From: Candidatus Thermosaccharophagus tengchongensis
Lineage (GTDB): Bacteria; Armatimonadota; Fervidibacteria; Fervidibacterales; Thermosaccharophagaceae
Reading direction: 5' to 3' (one strand)
NCBI GenBank assembly: GCA_032161105.1
Contig: JAVHTD010000007.1
Length of the DNA: 64,000 bases
Shown in pieces: positions 37,276-47,744 of the stretch. The notes below the pieces were generated by a model, which was not told where the DNA came from, ran no database searches, and saw only the letters and a program-made list of their open reading frames with translations. Within the stretch, counting starts at the first letter, position 1. Every line of letters starts with the position of its first letter. The position numbers and the translations under genes were made by a program.

Positions 37276-38178
37276 ATGGCAGAACAGAAGACAACGATCC
37301 CTCAGGAGATTCAAGAGCTTGCGAGGATAGTTGAAGGCGATGGCGGGCAGGTGCTCGCTATCTATCAAGAGCCATATGCAAATGCGTGGCAGCTCTTCGT
37401 CATGTTGCCGATGGAAAAAGTGAAGCCAACTCCATATCAGCGTGACCTATCCGACAACCATGTTGAACGCCTCATGGATGTGATAAGAACTGTAGGGCGC
37501 TTTTTAGACCCAATCGTTGCTATACGGGCGCCGAACGGCGAATATTGGACGCCAAACGGAAACCATAGGCGTGCAGCGCTTGAAGCCCTCGGAAAAAAGA
37601 TGATACCAGCCATCCTCCTGCCAGAGGCTGAGGTGGCTTTTCAAATACTGGCACTCAATACGGAGAAGGCGCATAACTTGAAGGAGAAGTCGCTTGAGGT
37701 CATACGCATGTATCGCGGGTTGATTGAGGGAACAGTCTCAGAGAGCACACCTGAACTGCGCGAGGTTGATGTGGCATTCCATTTTGAGGAAGCATACTAT
37801 GCCACTCTCGGCTTAATCTATGAGAGGTCAAAATCGTTCAGCGGCGGTCCATACACGAGCTTGCTGAAGAAGGTTGATAGGTTCCTTGACCTGCCGTTGC
37901 GTGAGGCATATGAGGTGAGAGAACAGCGCTCACAGAGGTTGGAGGAAGTGGACAAATTGGTCATTGATATAGTTCGCAGGCTAAAGGAAAAGGGCATAGC
38001 GCATCCATTCGTCAAGCACTATGTGGTATCGCAATGCAACCCTATAGGCAGGGCTCGCAAGGTCACAATGGAATACGATGAGGCGATTGATAAGCTGGCG
38101 CAAAACCTCCGTGAGTTTAATGTTGATAAAGTCAGGATAGAGGATATTGCACGAGTTGCCGCTGCTACCGAACTTTGA
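37276..38178 (+). CDS. ParB/sulfiredoxin N-terminal domain protein (orphan)
   Basis: PTPYQRDLS...FLDPIVA...TPNGNHRRAAL (variant of the GxxR motif), LNTEKAHNLKEK. Confidence 0.78.
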   Translation: MAEQKTTIPQEIQELARIVEGDGGQVLAIYQEPYANAWQLFVMLPMEKVKPTPYQRDLSDNHVERLMDVIRTVGRFLDPIVAIRAPNGEYWTPNGNHRRAALEALGKKMIPAILLPEAEVAFQILALNTEKAHNLKEKSLEVIRMYRGLIEGTVSESTPELREVDVAFHFEEAYYATLGLIYERSKSFSGGPYTSLLKKVDRFLDLPLREAYEVREQRSQRLEEVDKLVIDIVRRLKEKGIAHPFVKHYVVSQCNPIGRARKVTMEYDEAIDKLAQNLREFNVDKVRIEDIARVAAATEL

Positions 38179-38237
38179 AGCCCGTCATCGTAAGGCACAT
38201 CCATCGGGTGCGAGATGAATGACGGAGTGAGGACTAA

Positions 38238-40385
38238 ATGCACATTATGGCGGCTCCAGTAAGCAGGCTGGGCTCCCGCTTTACGCTCGTCTTTGACCCA
38301 TGGGCACATCAGGTCCTTCACTCGGCACTCGGCAGGTGGCTTGATTTCCCAACCGACTTTGCGGTTGGGATTGAAAGCGATGGCGTGTGCAAAGCGTTGC
38401 CTTTCACAAAGCGCTTTGAGCACTTTGAGGTGGTTGAACAGGAATTGCGCATGTGCGGTGTGTCCTTCACGGGGCGCTCGCTGCAACTTGGGCTCGGGTT
38501 GAAGATGGAGGTCATCTCTCCATTCTACCCGGAGGATGAGTGGGTATCGCTTGCGCCCTTTTTCTTCTTCAGGCTCAATGTCTTTCCCGTTGAGCGCCTC
38601 TTTTGGTCGTCAGCGGAGAGAGCACCAAAGCGTGGGAGAGTCTTCCTACAGCTGCGCCGAGATGGATTGCGCATAAAGCCGTCTTTTGACAGGCTCAAAC
38701 TTTCATACGAGGTGCCGATGAGGATATGGCGCGGCGAACGCTATCGCCCAATCAATGGAAATGTTGGAGAAGATGTATGGAGGTGTGAAGAGCGCATACT
38801 GCCACTCTCTCCCGAGGCAAGGCTTTCTGAGGAGGGAATTGAATTTGAGTTTGACTTGACAGATGCTTCAAGGTCGCAATTTGAGGTTTTGTGGTGCGCA
38901 TATGTTGATGAGCCAGTGCTGAACATATTCGGCGAGCCAGCTTCCTTCAAATACATCTGGCTTTTTAGCGATGTTGATTCGTTGGCTCACTTCGCCAGCG
39001 CCAATCGGAACGAAATTCTCCGAAAGACGGATTTGTTTGAGAGCTTGTTTGGAGATGCAGCATTGAGCAAGTCACAAGCTGACCTTATAAAGTTCGCCTT
39101 CCAAAACTTCCTGCTGAACACTTGGTGGGTTGTGCGTGAGGATGGCAGCGACTGGTTTAGCGTATGGGAGGGCTCTTGCCATTACCACAGCACGGTTGAT
39201 GTGGAGTATAACTGTGCCATCGTTTACCTGTCGCTCTGGCATGAGTTGCTTGAGATGCTTATTAACGAGTGGTCGTGCTTTGAAATGCGTGACGAGGTTG
39301 GGAGCTACATAGCGCATGACATGGGACAAGGGCTTGAGGTTGGCAAGCAGGGATACCCACACCCAATGCAAGTTGAAGAGAACGCCAACTTCATCCTGAT
39401 GCTGTTTTGCCTATGGCGTTGGACTGGAAATGATGAGCTCATTGAGCGCCACCATGAGCTGTGCAAGCGCTTGACTGCATACTTTGAGCGCAGTGACACG
39501 ACTGGCAATGGTTTCCCAAATGTCGGTGTGGCGAATACGATTGATGACGCATCCCCAGCTGTTCAGTATGCCCGTGAGCAAACTTATCTTGCCGTTAAAA
39601 CGCTTTGTGCATGCCATGCGGCTTCAATCATGGCTGAGAGCTTGGGCGATTGTGAGTGGGCATCTCAATGCCGAGGAATAGTTGAACGCATACGAAAGAC
39701 GCTTGATGAACAAGCTTGGCTTGGCGACCATTACGCAGTTTGCCTTGAGAGGACTATGGATGGGCTTGTTGATGTGTGGAGTGGCGAGCAGCTGAGCGGT
39801 GAGATGCTTGGATGGGACGCATACTCAATCTACACAGCCAATGGTTTGCTCTATTTGCTTTTGTGCGGTGAGTTGCCCCCAATCAACATGGAGAGGGTGA
39901 GCACCGACTTGGTGAATTCCTATGTCATGTCACTGAGCGAATACGGATGCACGCATACGAGTGCAGACTTAACCAATGTCTGGGTGTCACAAAATTTGTG
40001 GCGTGACTTCGTCGCCTCATACTTGGGCGTGAACTTGCCCGATAACTCCAGCCGTTACTTCTCCCTTCAGGAGCTCATGAACACTGGCTCGCTCACCAAG
40101 GGCTTCATTGACACCCACTTTGCTAACAACCTTTGCTTCTATCCCCGTGGCATTACCTCAATCGGCTATTTGCTTTCGCTATGCGGGTTGCAAATTGACA
40201 GGCACAGGGGCTTAGTAAAGCTCAAGCGGCGTGCGCCATACCCGTGCCGCATACCGCTGTTGCCGCTCGCCGATTGGCGTGAGGGGGTTATACCATTCGC
40301 TGTTTACGAACTTGTGGATGGCGAGATAAGAGGGCGTATAATTGGCGAGCAAGCGCTCATCGGATTAAGGGTTGAATGGGTTTGA
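38238..40385 (+). CDS. Six-hairpin glycosidase-like protein (DUF4965 / glutaminase-A-like, GH52-related)
   Basis: WEGSC...STVDV, IAHDMG, MQVEENANF, NTIDD motifs; no signal peptide. Confidence 0.65.
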   Translation: MHIMAAPVSRLGSRFTLVFDPWAHQVLHSALGRWLDFPTDFAVGIESDGVCKALPFTKRFEHFEVVEQELRMCGVSFTGRSLQLGLGLKMEVISPFYPEDEWVSLAPFFFFRLNVFPVERLFWSSAERAPKRGRVFLQLRRDGLRIKPSFDRLKLSYEVPMRIWRGERYRPINGNVGEDVWRCEERILPLSPEARLSEEGIEFEFDLTDASRSQFEVLWCAYVDEPVLNIFGEPASFKYIWLFSDVDSLAHFASANRNEILRKTDLFESLFGDAALSKSQADLIKFAFQNFLLNTWWVVREDGSDWFSVWEGSCHYHSTVDVEYNCAIVYLSLWHELLEMLINEWSCFEMRDEVGSYIAHDMGQGLEVGKQGYPHPMQVEENANFILMLFCLWRWTGNDELIERHHELCKRLTAYFERSDTTGNGFPNVGVANTIDDASPAVQYAREQTYLAVKTLCACHAASIMAESLGDCEWASQCRGIVERIRKTLDEQAWLGDHYAVCLERTMDGLVDVWSGEQLSGEMLGWDAYSIYTANGLLYLLLCGELPPINMERVSTDLVNSYVMSLSEYGCTHTSADLTNVWVSQNLWRDFVASYLGVNLPDNSSRYFSLQELMNTGSLTKGFIDTHFANNLCFYPRGITSIGYLLSLCGLQIDRHRGLVKLKRRAPYPCRIPLLPLADWREGVIPFAVYELVDGEIRGRIIGEQALIGLRVEWV

Positions 40386-40430
40386 TGAGCAAATCACAGC
40401 CGAAGTTACCCCTGTGGTTAGCGTGGTGGT

Positions 40431-41378
40431 TTATGTTGTGCCGCTCGCTTTTGACCACGCTTCATAAAAGACACGCTTTGTTGCCGCAAGCACCATCTGC
40501 CAGTCCTGCCCCTCCAACGGCTTTATCTCAAATGTGAACCACGGGAGTTTCGTCGGGACGCTGCGCCTGAGATACCCACTGTAGATTAGCGCCTCAATGA
40601 AGATGCGCAGCTCCTCAACATCATTCTCACTGCCAGCTACACCAAATGGCGGATGTTGGTCGCCATACAGCGGATGACCAACTTGCTTCACACAGTTCCC
40701 AGCGTGAACATGTATCAAGTGTTCCCCGAGGGCAGCCATGCAATCCTCTGGTGTCTCATTCAACAGCGGCAAGTGGCTTAAGTCAACGCATATTCCGAAG
40801 TTGTCCACTTGTTCCTTCACTCTCTCGGCGACTTCAGCTGCATCTGTGCTCGGACCGATGAGGCGCTTCCTATCAACATCCCTGTCAAACGATTCAAGCG
40901 TTATAGTGAGCGGCTTGCGATCGTTTGGTGCTTTTTCCTGTGCGTATCGGCATACGGTGACGATTGTATCAACGAGGTTGTCCAATGCTTTACCTTTTTC
41001 CTGTTCGCCTGGGTAAGGTCCGCTTAGCATAGCCATTATGGCTGCACCGAGTTCATAGGCTTCATCAACGGCACTTTTGAGAGCCTCAATCGCTGTTAAG
41101 CGTTCAGCATCATCGGGCGAATTAGGGTTGAGGTTGTTCCACAGTATGATCGGCTGAGCGGCATAGCCAACTTCCATGTGCGCATCTTCAAGCAATTTCC
41201 TGACCTGTTTGCGCATCTGTGCATCAGCAATGTGCGTCAGCTCAACCACTTGGAAAAATTCATCGTTTGCGATGATGCGAATTGTCTCAAGAGCGGCATT
41301 TGGATCACGAGCTGCGTGCGGGAATGCCATAAAGTGCACCAACCCAATGTGTATGCTCCCCTGCCACAGGTGTGCCAT
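40431..41378 (-). CDS. Sugar phosphate isomerase/epimerase (xylose isomerase-like TIM barrel)
   Basis: LESFD, VDLSHLP, HVHAGNC, GDQHP, FEIKP metal-ligand pattern. Confidence 0.8.
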   Translation of the reverse strand: MAHLWQGSIHIGLVHFMAFPHAARDPNAALETIRIIANDEFFQVVELTHIADAQMRKQVRKLLEDAHMEVGYAAQPIILWNNLNPNSPDDAERLTAIEALKSAVDEAYELGAAIMAMLSGPYPGEQEKGKALDNLVDTIVTVCRYAQEKAPNDRKPLTITLESFDRDVDRKRLIGPSTDAAEVAERVKEQVDNFGICVDLSHLPLLNETPEDCMAALGEHLIHVHAGNCVKQVGHPLYGDQHPPFGVAGSENDVEELRIFIEALIYSGYLRRSVPTKLPWFTFEIKPLEGQDWQMVLAATKRVFYEAWSKASGTT

Positions 41379-41575
41379 CTTCCTCCCCCCTTGATGCGGT
41401 GTTCACGCCCTCATTCACACGCATCTAAGCTTACGATGCGGGTGCCTTATCGGCGCTGCGTCATACTTAATGTGACAACATTGCGATGGTGAAGTAAATC
41501 CACATTGCATTAAGGGCTCGTTAAGCCTCTCGCAGATGATGCAGATTGCGCGCCATTGCAGAGGAGGGAAGGGAG

Positions 41576-42721
41576 ATGCAATATCGTAAACTCGGACAAA
41601 CGGGGCTTACTGTGTCTGCGCTGGGCTTCGGGTGCATGCGCTTGCCCAAGCTAAAAGACGATCCAAGAGTGGTTGACAGGGATGCGTCAGTGGCGCTCTT
41701 CTTGAGAGCTTATGAGCTTGGCGTGAACTTCTTTGACACCGCATACCTCTATGATGGCGGTGACAGCGAGCGTGCTTTGGGCGAGTTTCTGAAGCATGTG
41801 CCCCGTGAGAAGGTTATCATACAGGACAAGAACCCAGTTGGACACCAGTGGTGGCAAATCCCCGGAAATGAGGCGCCAGCATCGCTGTGGCGAAGATGCC
41901 TTGAGGAAATGCTTGAAAGGCTTGGCACCGACTACATTGATGTGTGTCTCTTCCATGACACGCAGATGGTCGCATTCCGCATACTCGTGAAGGCTCAAAA
42001 CGGTTTGCTCCAAGAGGCGCTCAAAGCCAAGGAGGAGGGTTTGATAAAGCACATCGGATTTTCATCGCACGATACGCCATACAACATCATCCGCATGATT
42101 GAGATGTCTGATGGCGCCATTGAATCCATCGTCATCCAATACAACTTGCTTGATAGGCGCAATGAGCCGGTGATTGACTACTGCCGAAAGAACGGCATTG
42201 GTGTTGCCATAATGGGACCAATTGGCGGCGGCAGGCTAATCCATCCATCCGAGATTTATCAAAAGGCGCTCGGGGTGAAAAGCACGCCGGAGTTGGCGCT
42301 CAGATTCGTGCTCTCAAACCCCGGCGTAAGCACCGCCATGTCGGGCATGAACAGCCTTGAACAGCTTGAGCAAAATGCAGCTGTTGCATCGGATACAAAA
42401 CAACTCTCACAGCAGGAGCTTGAGTTGATTGACCGTTTGCAGAGGGAGAATGAGCGCCTGCTCAATCTGTATTGCACTGGCTGCAGCTATTGCATGCCCT
42501 GCCCAAATGGTGTGAATATACCCGGCAACTTCGCTGCCATGATAACGCTGCGCGTTCATGGGTTGAGGGAATTAGCCATACAGCAGTATAGGGCACTCGG
42601 TGAAGCAATTGCCGAAGCCTGTGTCGGATGCGGTGAGTGCATCGGGAAATGCCCACAGCAAATTGACATACCAAACCGCCTCAAGGAAGTGGCGGAGACA
42701 TTCGCGGCGCTGCGCAAGTGA
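41576..42721 (+). CDS. Aldo/keto reductase with C-terminal 4Fe-4S dicluster domain
   Basis: MQYRKLGQTG...LGFGCMRLP, FDTAYLY; CTGCSYCMPCP and CVGCGECIGKCP. Confidence 0.92.
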   Translation: MQYRKLGQTGLTVSALGFGCMRLPKLKDDPRVVDRDASVALFLRAYELGVNFFDTAYLYDGGDSERALGEFLKHVPREKVIIQDKNPVGHQWWQIPGNEAPASLWRRCLEEMLERLGTDYIDVCLFHDTQMVAFRILVKAQNGLLQEALKAKEEGLIKHIGFSSHDTPYNIIRMIEMSDGAIESIVIQYNLLDRRNEPVIDYCRKNGIGVAIMGPIGGGRLIHPSEIYQKALGVKSTPELALRFVLSNPGVSTAMSGMNSLEQLEQNAAVASDTKQLSQQELELIDRLQRENERLLNLYCTGCSYCMPCPNGVNIPGNFAAMITLRVHGLRELAIQQYRALGEAIAEACVGCGECIGKCPQQIDIPNRLKEVAETFAALRK

Positions 42722-42730
42722 GCCGTCACT

Positions 42731-44296
42731 TTAATTTGGGCAAGAACCCGACCGCTTGCGTTGTGAGAGCAATTGGGGCATGATCTCGTCCAGAAGATGG
42801 AGGGCATCTTCCCTCGTTTTCACCCTCCCCGCAATTTGTGCCCTTTTAACTATGCGTAGTGCTTCCCCGACAAGCGGACCTTGCGATATGCCATATCGTC
42901 TCATCACATCGTGCCCGCTGATCAACTTCGGGTAAGCTTGCATTTCTTTAAGGCGCTCATTAACCCTGATCAGCTCAAGAAGCACCCTCATATGGTCTAT
43001 CATTTGCTCGGGCGTCATTTCAGCACCGCGTGTTGCGAGCATGTCCGCAAGCGAAACAAGAATGACAGTCACTCCGATGCGCTCGTCACCCCTCATCCAA
43101 AAGCGCCTTAGAGCCCTCTCCGATGGCGCTTTATCCTTCGCAAGCCAAATCGGTTGCATATGCCTTCTCACAGCTTGAACGATGAGGTGTGTTTCAGCCT
43201 TGCTCAGCTTAAACCGAGCGCAAATTTGCTCGGCAAGTTCAGCACCAATCGCATCATGCTTGAAGAAGCACAGGTCGCCGTTCTCATCGCGGCGCATCGT
43301 CATCGGTTTACCAATGTCATGCAGCAGCACTGCCATCTTTAGGGCAAACAGGTTGGTGCGGCGCTCAACGAGCGGTTGGGAATAGCGCTCAATATACGGT
43401 TTCAGCGCATCGTATAATGCCGCTCCTATATCCCTCCATTCGTCCTCAATCCAATCCTCCCCGCCAACGAGCAGCTCAACGAATTTAAGTGCCTCAACCG
43501 AGTGCCTAAATCCGTCAAGGTGATGGTAGCCTTCCGCAGGAACAAGCTTTAAACTCTCAACCTCCGGCAGCACGCTTGAAAGCAAATTGCATTCATTCAT
43601 CAAGCTGATCATGAAGGAGCCACTTTGGCTCTGAAGCGTCAGCGCAAACTCATCTCGTATCCGCTCCCATGAGCATCTCAATATGAGGTTGCTATGCGCT
43701 TTTATGGCGTTGAGCACGCTACCGTGTATTCCGAATCCGAGTGTGGCGGCGAACCGAAAAGCCCGCAACATGCGCACCGGGTCGTCGTTAATTAACTTGG
43801 CTTCAAGCCCACTATGCATCCTGATGATGCGGTGAATGAGGTCGTCATAGCACGGTGAGGTTTTCGGAAACTGCACATCGGCTTCAATTGCCTTCCCAGC
43901 TCGCCTTATCGTCTCAACCGGGATTGCCATGGAGTTCACAGTGAAGTCGCGGTTTAATAGGTCGTCTTCAAGCGTCGTCCTGATGGCGGTCATATCAACC
44001 TGCAAAACTCTGTCACAGCAGCGCTTTACCACCCTTGCCGTCTTTGGCTCCTCGTGCAGCGGGACAAACTTTCCACCAAGGGCGTTAGCAAGCGCGATGC
44101 CATATGCGAACGGGTCTGCGCTCACCGCTATGTCAATGTCGTCCGAAACGATGCCCAGAAATAGGTCACGGACAAATCCGCCCACGATGTAAGCCTTCGC
44201 ATTCAGCTGCTCGGAGACCGATGAAAGGCAAGTTATGGCATTCCAATGTTCTTCGGGCAGCTCAATGGGCGTGAGTTTCATTGTGCACAGCGCCAT
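42731..44296 (-). CDS. CCA-adding tRNA nucleotidyltransferase / poly(A) polymerase family with HD domain
   Basis: VGGFVRD, DIDIA, DLLNRDFTVNSMA, DDPVRMLRAFRF, LLHDIGKP. Confidence 0.88.
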   Translation of the reverse strand: MALCTMKLTPIELPEEHWNAITCLSSVSEQLNAKAYIVGGFVRDLFLGIVSDDIDIAVSADPFAYGIALANALGGKFVPLHEEPKTARVVKRCCDRVLQVDMTAIRTTLEDDLLNRDFTVNSMAIPVETIRRAGKAIEADVQFPKTSPCYDDLIHRIIRMHSGLEAKLINDDPVRMLRAFRFAATLGFGIHGSVLNAIKAHSNLILRCSWERIRDEFALTLQSQSGSFMISLMNECNLLSSVLPEVESLKLVPAEGYHHLDGFRHSVEALKFVELLVGGEDWIEDEWRDIGAALYDALKPYIERYSQPLVERRTNLFALKMAVLLHDIGKPMTMRRDENGDLCFFKHDAIGAELAEQICARFKLSKAETHLIVQAVRRHMQPIWLAKDKAPSERALRRFWMRGDERIGVTVILVSLADMLATRGAEMTPEQMIDHMRVLLELIRVNERLKEMQAYPKLISGHDVMRRYGISQGPLVGEALRIVKRAQIAGRVKTREDALHLLDEIMPQLLSQRKRSGSCPN

Positions 44297-44305
44297 TTGT
44301 TTGAT

Positions 44306-45970
44306 TCACCCCTGCGGCAACTCTATCGCGCATGAACCGGAAACGGGCATCGCAACGATATAACGAGGTTCTAAACACCTCGGTTCGTAGTAGCGCTCAA
44401 TCATCGCCTCAAGAAGCTTATGGAGGGATTCCTCCCTCACCAACGCCATGATGCATCCTCCCAAGCCGGCACCGCAAAGCTGTGCGCCTAAAACGCCCTC
44501 CACGCTGTTCGCAACATCAACCATGAAGTCAATTGATGGAGTGCTGCACCTGTAACTGCCCGGTTGACGCCAGATCTCCGCGCCCTCAACCTCTCCGGTT
44601 GGCTCTGTCCTGCATGCCCTGATTAACCTCTTAAGGTGTGCATCACTGCACTTGCTCGCATACTTCCTCATTCGCCCCTCATCGTCCATCCTTGCAACCC
44701 TGTCACCGTCATGCGATATGTTGATGAGTAGCCCGAATTCATCAATGCGCCCCTCCGAGAACAACTTTGCCGTGCGCCTGCTGCGCTCGCATTCGGAGAC
44801 GCCAAATAGGCAAACGCCCCTTATTGGGTAGCCGTCTTTCGGTGGTGTGTGCATTGAGGCTATCCTCAATGCCCGTTCATGCCAATTTGGAGAAAGTTGA
44901 CTCAGTATGTCGTAAAGCGAAGCCTTGAGTGGCAGCTCAAGGAGAAGCTTATAAACATCTGCCGTGCTTCCAACAACCTGAGGATTGATGTCGCTGAATT
45001 GCTTGAGGGCGTCTTGAAATTCAGGATGGCGATCCAAGATGAGCATAAAGCCGAACTCATAGCAGGCGACGCGCTGATTGAAGATGTCGCGGGCGTTGCC
45101 AGCCTTGTGCGCGAATTCGTGCGAGTGAAACACGACCACCTTGTAGCCACCCGGAAACGGGCTGTAGGTTACAGATAATGGGTTCGTCGTTATGTGGGAC
45201 ACATATCCGGCTTTTGCGCACTTTATCGCCGCATGGTCGCCGGCACCACCCCTTGTCCCGACATACCATTCGCCATAACCGCACAGCTTGACGAACTCCT
45301 CGTTGTCCTTGAAGCGGCATTCGTTGAGCGAAAGCAAGGCTTCGCATGCCACCATAAACAGCGCAGATGAAGATGCAAGACCACCCGATGGCGGAACATC
45401 ACCATACACCAAGATGTCCATCCCTTTGAGCGGCGGGCTCAGCGAGCCATCGCTTAAGCGGAAGCGCTCTTGAAGCATGACCGCAGCGCCCTTGATGTAA
45501 TCACTCCAATGGGCTGGCTCTCCCATCTTTCGCCGCTCCTCAACTTGCGCCATAGTCCAGCTGTCCCACTCTGAGATGCTTGCAAGCTTGCGCGGCGGGA
45601 GCAACTCGGCAATCCTGAAATGCCTTGCGGTGTATTTGTGAGCCTCAACATTGTGTGCGTTTATAGCATCATCATCCCTTGGCGCAGCTACAGCAATGAG
45701 TTCGGCGCTGAGCGCAATCGGATTAACTGTTCCGCCGCGATGGTCAATGTGGCGCCCCATCAGGTTTAACCTTCCCGGAGCTCTTGCGAGTATGGCTCTC
45801 CTTCCGTGCCCAAAGAGCCTTGCAGCGCTCTCCAGCAAAAGTTTGAAGGCGCAACGGCGCTCGTTCAGTATGCCATCATCGTTCCCATAGAACATTTGCA
45901 TGTGGCTCTTGAAGCCATGTTCGTCGGAAACGAAATTGAGCCATTGCTCCACCGTCATGAGCTTCCTCAT
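44306..45970 (-). CDS. GHMP sugar kinase, galactokinase-like
   Basis: APGRLNLMGRHIDH, PPSGGLASSSA, GAQLCGAGLGGC; start uncertain (45958-45997). Confidence 0.85.
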   Translation of the reverse strand: MRKLMTVEQWLNFVSDEHGFKSHMQMFYGNDDGILNERRCAFKLLLESAARLFGHGRRAILARAPGRLNLMGRHIDHRGGTVNPIALSAELIAVAAPRDDDAINAHNVEAHKYTARHFRIAELLPPRKLASISEWDSWTMAQVEERRKMGEPAHWSDYIKGAAVMLQERFRLSDGSLSPPLKGMDILVYGDVPPSGGLASSSALFMVACEALLSLNECRFKDNEEFVKLCGYGEWYVGTRGGAGDHAAIKCAKAGYVSHITTNPLSVTYSPFPGGYKVVVFHSHEFAHKAGNARDIFNQRVACYEFGFMLILDRHPEFQDALKQFSDINPQVVGSTADVYKLLLELPLKASLYDILSQLSPNWHERALRIASMHTPPKDGYPIRGVCLFGVSECERSRRTAKLFSEGRIDEFGLLINISHDGDRVARMDDEGRMRKYASKCSDAHLKRLIRACRTEPTGEVEGAEIWRQPGSYRCSTPSIDFMVDVANSVEGVLGAQLCGAGLGGCIMALVREESLHKLLEAMIERYYEPRCLEPRYIVAMPVSGSCAIELPQG

Positions 45971-46117
45971 GGTCGCTGCACCTACCAAAAGCTTCACAAC
46001 CCTGATGGTGATGACTTTACCTTAAGCATCATAGCCGCGAAGTGCGGGCTTGTTCAACCCACATGTGGCTGCTCTCCCTATCAACGAATCACAGCTTGCA
46101 TCATAATTGCATTTGCC

Positions 46118-46549
46118 ATGGAGGGTAAGAAGACCACAGATGCATATTCGCTGTTGCGCACGCACAAGATGCGCGTTACTGCGGTTCGCAAGGCAGTGAT
46201 TGAAGAACTCAGCGACATGCGGCACAGCGACGCCAAAGAGCTCTTCAGAAGGCTTGCCGCACGCGGAATCAGCAGGGCATCTGTGTATCGCACGCTTTCA
46301 CTGCTTGAACGCATGGGTATCGTTTCAAAGGCGCTTTACGGCGAGCGCCATAGCCACTATGAACTCACATGCATGCGACAGCCACATGACCACCTCGTCT
46401 GCATGCAGTGCGGGCGCGTCATTGAATTTGAATGTCCAGAGATTGAGCGCCTTCAAGCCAGAGTCATAAAGGAGCACGGGTTTAAGTTTGTGGAGCGCGT
46501 CTTTGAGATACGGGGGATATGCCAAAAGTGCCGCCAGAGGGGAAAATAA
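46118..46549 (+). CDS. fur: Fur family transcriptional regulator
   Basis: RVTAVR, ISRASVYRTL, HDHLVCMQCG, GICQKC; the Fur/Zur/PerR subfamily cannot be resolved. Confidence 0.88.
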   Translation: MEGKKTTDAYSLLRTHKMRVTAVRKAVIEELSDMRHSDAKELFRRLAARGISRASVYRTLSLLERMGIVSKALYGERHSHYELTCMRQPHDHLVCMQCGRVIEFECPEIERLQARVIKEHGFKFVERVFEIRGICQKCRQRGK

Positions 46550-46604
46550 TCGCCCGATGAGCTATACACTCATAGCGTGCCGGCGCAGTGGTAGCTCGCT
46601 TAAA

Positions 46605-47555
46605 TCACACTCGTGAGTTTGAAAATGGCTCCGGCAAAGGGAAGCGCATCTCCTCATGAGCAAACTCAACTTCATCAACTTGAGTTTCAAATTGGCTCAG
46701 CTGGCGCAGCCTCTCAACAACGCCCATAACTATTTGCTCCGGCGTTGATGCGCTTGCGGTGATGCCTATAACACTCAACCCCTCAAGCTGAGCTACATCA
46801 ATGTCACCCGCATCCTCAACGAGGAATGCCATCGTGCCGCTTTCTATGGCAACTTCGCATAGCCTCTGTGCATTTGAGCTGTTATGTGAACCCACAACGA
46901 GTATGCCGTCGCACATTTGAGCCAACAGCTTAACTGCGTTCTGCCTGTTTTGAGTCGCATAGCAGATGTCCCACGATGGCGGCGCTTCAAGGTGTGGAAA
47001 GCGCCTTCGCAGCGCCTCAACCACAACCTTTGCAGCATCAATGCTCAGAGTCGTTTGGGTTAAGTAGACGACCTTTTCCGGGTTGGGCAAGTTTATGCTT
47101 TCAACATCGCACGGCTCACTCACAACCACAGTTTGTTCCGGCGCTTCACCAACCGTTCCTTCAACCTCATCATGCCCCTTGTGCCCTATGAGCACGATTG
47201 AATATCCCTTTTTCGCATACTTCCTTACCTCCGCATGCACCTTGCTGACGAGTGGGCATGTGGCATCAATGACCCTCAACCTCTTTTGCATTGCCCTCTC
47301 TCGGACGGATGGCGAGACACCGTGAGCGCTAAAGATGATGAGGGCACCATCGGGGACTTCCTCCACTGAGTGGACAAACACAGCACCACTTCGGCGCAAC
47401 TCCTCAACGACATGTTTATTGTGGACAATCTGTCGGTGGACATAAACTGGATGCGGGAATTCGCTCAGTGCCCTCTTGACCGTCTCAATTGCCCGCACAA
47501 CTCCAGCACAAAAGCCCCTTGGCTTCGCAAGCAAGATGCGACGGAGCTCCAACAT
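46605..47555 (-). CDS. ispH: 4-hydroxy-3-methylbut-2-enyl diphosphate reductase
   Basis: PRGFCAGV, IVHN, SAHG, DATCPLV, QTT, ICYATQNRQ, SSN motifs. Confidence 0.97.
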   Translation of the reverse strand: MLELRRILLAKPRGFCAGVVRAIETVKRALSEFPHPVYVHRQIVHNKHVVEELRRSGAVFVHSVEEVPDGALIIFSAHGVSPSVRERAMQKRLRVIDATCPLVSKVHAEVRKYAKKGYSIVLIGHKGHDEVEGTVGEAPEQTVVVSEPCDVESINLPNPEKVVYLTQTTLSIDAAKVVVEALRRRFPHLEAPPSWDICYATQNRQNAVKLLAQMCDGILVVGSHNSSNAQRLCEVAIESGTMAFLVEDAGDIDVAQLEGLSVIGITASASTPEQIVMGVVERLRQLSQFETQVDEVEFAHEEMRFPLPEPFSNSRV

Positions 47556-47744
47556 GCCACATGCCCCCAATTCCCTCCGAGCGGAGGGCAGCTCTTCTTC
47601 AACTTTAAAGTTGCCACAGCTTTTGGTTTGCCGCCAAAATGTGAGTGGCAATGTCAATGTATACGCACACCGGAATGCGATAGGATGAGGGATTTGCGAA
47701 TGTGATAGGATGCCTGCCGACTTTGGAGGGTGAACTGAACGAGC

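Noticed and set aside
46575..46604. GGCGCAGTGGTAGCTCG resembling a tRNA D-arm
   Set aside because: No anticodon arm, T-arm or acceptor stem; the gap between fur and ispH is too short for a tRNA.
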